Shown piece after piece: positions 58,211 through 64,000 of a stretch of 64,000 nt of DNA (positions within the stretch are counted from its first letter, which is position 1; every line of letters starts with the position of its first letter). The DNA lies in the NCBI GenBank assembly GCA_944332525.1, contig CALVKD010000022.1, positions 2,392 through 66,391 of the forward strand. Direction: 5' to 3'. Source of the stretch: an uncultured Bacilli bacterium (GTDB lineage Bacteria; Bacillota_I; Bacilli_A; RFN20; CAG-449). The notes beneath the pieces are model-generated. The model did not search any database and was not told where the DNA came from. It was given only the letters and a program-made list of their open reading frames with translations. Both the position numbers and the translations under genes were made by a program.

Positions 58211-59053
58211 ATGATTAAATTACTCGCGACTGATCTTGATGGAACGCTTTTCTATCCAAAGAAAAAGATTAGAGTTTTATCAGAAAAGAATAAAGCGTTT
58301 CTTAGAGAAGTCATCAAGGAAAATAAGGAAGTTGTTTTAGTCTCCGGACGAAACTTTTATGTTGCGGATATAATCGGTAAAAAGCTTCATCACCATGTCG
58401 ACATGATCGCCTGCAACGGAGCTTGCGTCTATGTCGATAATAAACTAATTGATGAAACTCCAATTGAAAAGAAGATTGTTAAAGATATTTTTGAAAAAAG
58501 CCGTAATGATAAGAGAATTGTCGCTTGGACTTTTATGTCAAATAATCATAAAATGGTTATTGTTCCAACCCATTTAAATTTCTTTATTCGCTTTCTTTTG
58601 CGAATTGGACTATTTTTACAGTTCAATATGCAAGAGCCATATAATATGGGAGAAAAATATCTAAAAAGGCTTTTAGAAGATGATTCGGCACATATTTATA
58701 AAGTGATGGCGATTATGGGATTAGGCGAAAAAAAAGAAAAATTGGCGCAGATGATGACCGATGAATACCTTAATATCGTCAATGGCTACTTAGAAGCTAC
58801 TTGGTCTGGTGAAGCTATTGAATTTATGAAAAAAGGCGTTAGTAAAGCTAATGCTTTAAAAAAATTGATAGATGTGTTAAAGTTAGAAAGAAACGAAGTA
58901 GCTGTCATCGGTGATTCGGGCAATGATGTTTCTATGTTTAAAGAATTTGAACATAGCTTCGTTATGTCTCATGCCCCTGAAGAGATTAAGAAATTCGCTT
59001 CGACCGTCGTAGACAATGTCTATGATTTAAAAAATTACATTATGAAGGAGTAA
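58211..59053 (+). CDS. Cof-type HAD-IIB phosphatase
   Basis: DLDGTLF motif I. GDSGND motif near the C-terminus. Confidence 0.85.
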   Translation: MIKLLATDLDGTLFYPKKKIRVLSEKNKAFLREVIKENKEVVLVSGRNFYVADIIGKKLHHHVDMIACNGACVYVDNKLIDETPIEKKIVKDIFEKSRNDKRIVAWTFMSNNHKMVIVPTHLNFFIRFLLRIGLFLQFNMQEPYNMGEKYLKRLLEDDSAHIYKVMAIMGLGEKKEKLAQMMTDEYLNIVNGYLEATWSGEAIEFMKKGVSKANALKKLIDVLKLERNEVAVIGDSGNDVSMFKEFEHSFVMSHAPEEIKKFASTVVDNVYDLKNYIMKE

Positions 59054-59064
59054 AAAAACACAAC

Positions 59065-59985
59065 ATGAACGCAACCACAAGATATGTTATCGACATTTAT
59101 CAAGTAAGTGTCATCATTAGAGACACTCTTGAATATCTCGTTCCGAGAAAAGACGGATATAAAGTCGAGGTTTATAATCAAAGAAAGAACATTATCAAAA
59201 TCGCTCTTTCGAAAAACCATGCTCTCGATCGCTTCTTGACCGAAAATAAAGAAACCGGTGAAAAGATTAGAAATAATATTCAGGATTTCTATGATATGGT
59301 ATATGGCGATGAGTCACGCGCTGTCTTTGTCGAAAATGATAAAGTAGTCGTTGATAATGGTTATAACACTCAAGTTCTCGACTATGTCATCGGACTTCAC
59401 GAAACTTTATTTGATATCTGCAACGGATTCATCAAACACGCTAAAGAAACAAATAATTACGAAGAAGAATTAGGACTTCTCGTCGAAAGAGAAAACCATC
59501 TCTATCGCTGCGTTTCTTCAATGGTTATCACTGATCAAATTCACCGTTTATTCGTTGAATTTAACAAAGCTATGAGAGAAAGCAAAGGACAAGCTACTCC
59601 ACAAAGCAACTTCATCTCGAATGAATTAAGAAAGAATGTCGGTTTCTTCCGCTTCGTCCAAGATCATGCTCATTATGAAGATGATATCTATAAATTAGCA
59701 GTTGATAAGAGTAAATATGTTCTTGATTTAATGTCCGGTAAGGAAAAACTCGATGAAACCGGCGAAGGAATCAGAAAAGAAATTCTCAATCTTCATACCT
59801 TATGGGCAAGAGCTGTCGTTTTAACCGAAGCTGAATGGAGAGGTATCTATCAAAAGGTCGTTAACGATTTAATCGCTTACGATAAAGAAATGCTCGCTAA
59901 GAGACAAGCTGCTCAGGCCGCTGCTCCTGCTACAGAAGAAACAAAAGAAGAAAAAGCAGAAGAAAAAGTAGAGGAGACAAAGTAA
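59065..59985 (+). CDS. Hypothetical cytoplasmic protein with Lys/Glu-rich C-terminal tail
   Basis: ORF with RBS GGAG. No motif recognised. Confidence 0.4.
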   Translation: MNATTRYVIDIYQVSVIIRDTLEYLVPRKDGYKVEVYNQRKNIIKIALSKNHALDRFLTENKETGEKIRNNIQDFYDMVYGDESRAVFVENDKVVVDNGYNTQVLDYVIGLHETLFDICNGFIKHAKETNNYEEELGLLVERENHLYRCVSSMVITDQIHRLFVEFNKAMRESKGQATPQSNFISNELRKNVGFFRFVQDHAHYEDDIYKLAVDKSKYVLDLMSGKEKLDETGEGIRKEILNLHTLWARAVVLTEAEWRGIYQKVVNDLIAYDKEMLAKRQAAQAAAPATEETKEEKAEEKVEETK

Positions 59986-59988
59986 TTA

Positions 59989-60414
59989 ATGGCAAGACAA
60001 AAGAAAGTCTTATCATCACAAGAAAAAGCTAAAAGAGATTTAAAGATTGCTGAAAGCGTATACTATACTATCGGGGGATTTTTCCTTCTCGTCGGTTTTG
60101 TGTTTTCTATTCTCGGAGTGATTTTGCTTAATCCTCCACAGGAAAACTTCGCTTCTTCGCCGCTTTATTTAGCCGAACAAGCTTTCTTTAAAGCTATTAA
60201 CTGGAATACGACTTTCCTTAATGCTGGAGCTTTATTGATGGTCTTAAGCATTATCTACTTCATGATTGTATTTTATATCTTCTCAAGAAAAGGCGATGAC
60301 CTCGCTAAGAGAGAACATTTAAAATCACATCGTCAAAGAGAAATCGTTTTCCCTCAGCAAGCTGCAATGGAAACTACTGCTGAGCAAGTTGATGATAATA
60401 AAGTAAATGAGTAA
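59989..60414 (+). CDS. Small membrane protein (2 TM)
   Basis: Two hydrophobic helices. 3-nt spacing from the upstream gene. Confidence 0.45.
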   Translation: MARQKKVLSSQEKAKRDLKIAESVYYTIGGFFLLVGFVFSILGVILLNPPQENFASSPLYLAEQAFFKAINWNTTFLNAGALLMVLSIIYFMIVFYIFSRKGDDLAKREHLKSHRQREIVFPQQAAMETTAEQVDDNKVNE

Positions 60415-60419
60415 AATAA

Positions 60420-60448
60420 AAGGTTACCGATAAGAGGTAACCTTTTTT
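60420..60448. terminator. Bidirectional rho-independent terminator between convergent genes
   Basis: AAGGTTACC-GATAAGAG-GGTAACCTT with A/T runs on both sides. Confidence 0.75.
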
Positions 60449-60457
60449 AATGCTTAA

Positions 60458-62170
60458 TTATTGCTCAATTTTTAATGTATCAAGAACGCTTTGATGGACG
60501 CGTTTGATTTCGTCGATAGCTTCTTGTTTGCTTATTTTAGAAACTGCACCATAATAGAATTTGCATTTCGGTTCAGTTCCCGATGGACGAATAGCAATTG
60601 ATGTACCATCTTCAAGATAATATTTTACCGCATCGGTTGATGGAAGATTTTCAATGAATTCTTCTTGATCGCCGCTGATTCTCGATAAGTAGAGATAGTC
60701 TTCGACGGTTATTACTTTCTTTCCAGCGATTTCAGTTAACGGAGATTCATGGAGATGAGCCATAATTTCTTTCATGGTCTCTTGTCCTCGTTGACCTTTA
60801 AAGAAGATCGAATATTGAATATCGGCGTGATAGCCATAAATCTTGGATAATTCATCAAGTACTTGATCAAGTCTCTTTCCCTGGAGACGGTAATAATTAA
60901 CCATTTCGCTAATCATAACCATAGCTTGTAAAGAGTCTTTGTCTCTAACGAAAGAAGAAATTAAATAGCCATAAGATTCTTCGTATCCGAATTCAAAGGT
61001 CTTCTCTTTTGTCTTTGAATAATAATGGATTCTTGAACCGATATACTTAAATCCGGTTAAGAGAGATTCAACGGAAACTCCGTATGATTTAGCGATTTTA
61101 GCACCTAAATCACCGGTGACAATGGTGTTAAAGAGAACGCCGTTAGAAGAAAGAGTTCCATTAGCTTTTCTTTGAGAGAAGATATAATTAATCAGTAACG
61201 CCCCGGTTTCATTTCCGGTAGATAATTGATAATTACCGTGAGAATCGAGATAAGCGATACCGATTCTATCGCCATCTGGGTCAGTACATAATACTAAGTC
61301 TGCTTCATTTTCTCTTGCATAGATTAAAGCGAGTTCATAGGCTTCTGGGTTTTCTGGATTTGGCGATTTAGTGTTGGAAAAATATGGATCAGGTGAGCAT
61401 TGTTCTTTAACAGGGATAACGTTGTACTTTAAATGTTTAAGTAAATGCATTCCGTTTTCATAAGCAGTGCCATGCTGCGGAGTAAAAACAATCTTAAAAT
61501 CAGTTTTGTCGAGATTTTTATTAATTTGAATCTTTCTGACGTTCATCCGATAATTTTCATCGATATATTCATCGAGAATGAGAATTTGCCCAGGGTTTGG
61601 GTCTTTACCGCGTTTAACGTTTAACTCAAATCCGAGATTATTGATGATATCGACTAAACCGACGATATCGTTTGGCAATAACTGACAGCCATTCTTATCA
61701 TAGACTTTATAGCCATTATATTCTTTTGGGTTATGAGATGCGGTAATCATTACTCCTCCGACAGCTTTCATCTTTCTTACTGCATATGATAATTCCGGTG
61801 TTGGACGTAAAGCATCAAAAAGATAAGCCTTAATTCCGTATGAAGATAAGGTTCTCGCTGTTTCAACAGCAAATTCACGGGAGAATAAGCGGTTATCATG
61901 GGAGATAACAACTCCGTTTTGCTTAGCGCGCGAACCAAATTTAGCAAGTAAAAATTTAGCAAAGCCAACTGTAGCTTTTCTAATAACATATATATTAAGA
62001 CGGTTGCTGCCAGGTCCTAATAACCCTCTCATGCCTGCAGTGCCGAATTCTAATTCTTTATAAAAACAATCATTTATTTCCTCGTCGGACATATTGAGCA
62101 GTTGCTCGCGGAATTCATCTGACAAACTCGGTTCAGATAAATAGCGATTATACTTTTCTAAGATTGTCAT
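60458..62170 (-). CDS. pgcA: Alpha-phosphoglucomutase / phosphomannomutase
   Basis: Active-site TASHNPKEYNGYKVY. Metal-binding DPDGDR. 570 aa. Confidence 0.9.
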   Translation of the reverse strand: MTILEKYNRYLSEPSLSDEFREQLLNMSDEEINDCFYKELEFGTAGMRGLLGPGSNRLNIYVIRKATVGFAKFLLAKFGSRAKQNGVVISHDNRLFSREFAVETARTLSSYGIKAYLFDALRPTPELSYAVRKMKAVGGVMITASHNPKEYNGYKVYDKNGCQLLPNDIVGLVDIINNLGFELNVKRGKDPNPGQILILDEYIDENYRMNVRKIQINKNLDKTDFKIVFTPQHGTAYENGMHLLKHLKYNVIPVKEQCSPDPYFSNTKSPNPENPEAYELALIYARENEADLVLCTDPDGDRIGIAYLDSHGNYQLSTGNETGALLINYIFSQRKANGTLSSNGVLFNTIVTGDLGAKIAKSYGVSVESLLTGFKYIGSRIHYYSKTKEKTFEFGYEESYGYLISSFVRDKDSLQAMVMISEMVNYYRLQGKRLDQVLDELSKIYGYHADIQYSIFFKGQRGQETMKEIMAHLHESPLTEIAGKKVITVEDYLYLSRISGDQEEFIENLPSTDAVKYYLEDGTSIAIRPSGTEPKCKFYYGAVSKISKQEAIDEIKRVHQSVLDTLKIEQ

Positions 62171-62869
62171 TCTCTTTCTCCTTTTGTTCGATTAAATGAA
62201 CCATTGTTTCAAATAGAGAGATCTCTTGATCATAATGGAGATATTCCAAATATGCGAAGACATATTGGCTTTTGACCATTGAAGAAGCAAAATCGATAAT
62301 ATTCACTCCTTCTTTTACATTTGACAAGAACTCATGAGGGGATGAAAATTTCTTGCCGTGGTAGAAGATCTGCCCGCTTCCTTCAAGGAGGAAACCGAGC
62401 TTAAAATACGCTCTATTTTCGTTAATAAGAAACTCGTTTTCTAATTTTTTTACTTCTTGATATAGTGTAGGCTCTTTAAAATCATACTTCGTCTTTTCCA
62501 TGTAAAAAGTTAGAAGGTGATATTTTAGAAAGTCTTTTAAGTAGATATCAATACTAGGAGCAAAAGATAAAATCTTTTTTCCCAAGGCTTGGAAACTGTC
62601 AAATCGATATCCATGATAGGAAATAACCATCAGGGGATTTAACAGATATTGAGCCTTGAAAACCAAAGCATCTTGCTGAAAAGGAGTTCTTAATAACTCA
62701 GCAATAGTATTATACAAATTCTGATTTGTTTTGTATAAGATTTTCAGAAATTTTTGCGATTTTAGAATTGTAAACGCTTCATCGCTATAGAGGTACATAT
62801 TCCTTGCAAAATCTTCTAATGAATAGTAAATGTGGCCATGAAATTTAATGGTTATTTCATTCATTATAA
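62148..62869 (-). CDS. Hypothetical protein
   Basis: ORF-track start 62966 overlaps the upstream gene by about 100 nt. The ATG at 62869 (MNEITIKF...) has an AGGAGG RBS and sits directly after the upstream stop (TAATG). Confidence 0.4.
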
Positions 62870-63916
62870 ATGACCTCCTAAAAATAGCATTATTACTAAA
62901 AAGAATGCTAGAAGCGCTAAATAGAAAATAGCGCAGACGACATAGAAGAAGTGAGGAACTTTCCATTTTTCTTGAAGATATGGAAGCTTATCTTTTATTT
63001 CAACTAAATAAAGAAGATTTTTCATTTCTACATCGATTAAAGATACTTTCTTTAATGGAATATTTAATGGTTTTAATTCGTCGATATGACGGAGAAGTAA
63101 AGAATAAAATGCCTCTGATTCATTATCAATTTTAACCATGATACTTTTTTCAGAGCGCAGAGAATTATAAGCTCTAATGAAAATTCTAAATTTATTTAAA
63201 TAGACGTTATAAAAGAAAATTGAAATAAGGTCAAGTAAAAACAAAATAACAATTAAAACATAAAAAGTTACCATTACAACCTCTGACTCAATAGTTCCAG
63301 AATAAATATTTCTTAATGTAGTAATTGGAAAAAGCGGTAAGATAATTATGATGATATTAGCTAAAATAACTGCTGATAATAATGCAGTAATCGTTGATTT
63401 TTCCTTAATGTTTTCATCAATAATGTCTTCTTTACTTAAAAATTCAACAAAAGGTGAGATTAATAAAGATTTCACTTCTTTTCGGTAATTAAGATAAAGC
63501 TCTTTAACTTGATTAATTTTATAAGTTTTGGTGTAGCGTTCATCAAGTAGCATATCATTGAAGGTGATATCGCGTCCATCAAAAGGAATCATTACTTCGC
63601 CAAGTGTAATATTTTCTTCACTTAGTAGTGGATTAATCATTTTTTCTTTTTGACATTCTAAGGCGATATCAAGGATTTCAGCATAGGTCTTTTCAAAATC
63701 CAAAAAAGTTTTAATCTTGCTAAAATCGATTACTTCAAAACGCCTAATAATTTTGACGTTTCTAAAATAATCATGTTTTCTTAATTTAATAATCTGCGCG
63801 CAGACTTGAAGATAGACTTTACTGGTTCTTAGCTCTTCAATATAATGGTCAAGATAATCAGTGACGTCGACTTTGAGAAGGTCGCAGAGCAATAATACTT
63901 TATCTTCTTCTCTCAT
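62864..63916 (-). CDS. Hypothetical polytopic membrane protein
   Basis: Cytoplasmic N-terminal half, then 3-4 TM helices. RBS GAGGAAGGA upstream of the ATG at 63916. Confidence 0.45.
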   Translation of the reverse strand: MREEDKVLLLCDLLKVDVTDYLDHYIEELRTSKVYLQVCAQIIKLRKHDYFRNVKIIRRFEVIDFSKIKTFLDFEKTYAEILDIALECQKEKMINPLLSEENITLGEVMIPFDGRDITFNDMLLDERYTKTYKINQVKELYLNYRKEVKSLLISPFVEFLSKEDIIDENIKEKSTITALLSAVILANIIIIILPLFPITTLRNIYSGTIESEVVMVTFYVLIVILFLLDLISIFFYNVYLNKFRIFIRAYNSLRSEKSIMVKIDNESEAFYSLLLRHIDELKPLNIPLKKVSLIDVEMKNLLYLVEIKDKLPYLQEKWKVPHFFYVVCAIFYLALLAFFLVIMLFLGGHL

Positions 63917-64000
63917 ATCGATAATAATCCTTCCTCAATTAATTCCATAATCGGAGAGATAAATCCTCTTTCGACATGGTAAACATTGTTTAAAACAGTT

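Noticed and set aside
63939-64000. Apparent end of a further minus-strand ORF at the window edge
   Set aside because: Tracing the frame shows only a 15-codon ORF with an upstream in-frame stop. The region is better interpreted as the leader and promoter of the gene starting at 63916.
1-64000. Scan for tRNA, rRNA, CRISPR arrays, transposase or integrase signatures
   Set aside because: No T-loop-like GGTTCGAAT motifs, no regularly spaced repeats, and no DDE or tyrosine-recombinase motifs were found. Intergenic regions are short and explained by terminators and promoters.

Overview
This 64-kb window is AT-rich (roughly one-third GC), uses the standard genetic code, and is a chromosomal segment from a low-GC Firmicutes / Erysipelotrichia- or Acholeplasma-like anaerobe. 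No rRNA, tRNA, CRISPR array or transposase/integrase was seen. The right half (about 39.6-62.2 kb) is largely core metabolism: adhE; a long plus-strand gene array pduL-rnfCDGEAB-TSCPD-metK-FAD oxidoreductase-purA-purB; hpf; a lipoprotein ApbE flavin transferase; a Cof-type hydrolase; and pgcA on the minus strand. The array contains several clean rho-independent terminators, including one directly after metK. The left part encodes a VirR/VirS-like LytTR two-component system, a partial (alpha/alpha)6 glycosidase, and a lipoprotein plus a domain-permuted, membrane-anchored GH3 glycosidase operon. That operon is preceded by a textbook LytTR-type direct repeat (10-bp repeats, 21-bp period). The most interesting region is an approximately 14.7-kb, 11-gene minus-strand operon (7435-22153) with 4-nt and larger overlaps throughout. 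It starts with three paralogous small secreted proteins carrying a TasA/CalY-style SipW-cognate signal peptide, followed by a Sec11/SipW-type signal peptidase with unusual N- and C-terminal extensions. Next come an 884-aa secreted beta-helix-like protein, a 4-TM membrane-anchored McrB-family AAA+ GTPase, and a partner with a PD-(D/E)xK-like motif and a C-terminal zinc ribbon. The operon ends with an ABC ATPase and permease, a 786-aa parallel beta-helix secreted protein and a lipoprotein with Flg_new (Listeria-Bacteroides) repeats. I interpret this as a previously uncharacterised TasA-like surface-fibre / secreted beta-helix assembly locus that has recruited a membrane-tethered McrBC-like NTPase module. 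This interpretation is inference from motifs and gene context only. Other notable points are a non-canonical Rnf complex (RnfD with a ~300-aa C-terminal extension, long RnfG, RnfB reduced to its N-terminal Fe-S domain, and an extra Cys-rich micro-membrane protein), three MacB-type fused ABC transporters, and a candidate Rex-like operator in front of adhE. A small Zn-ribbon gene is missing from the ORF track. Several ORF-track starts are TTG/GTG or too far upstream; corrected starts are given in the features.
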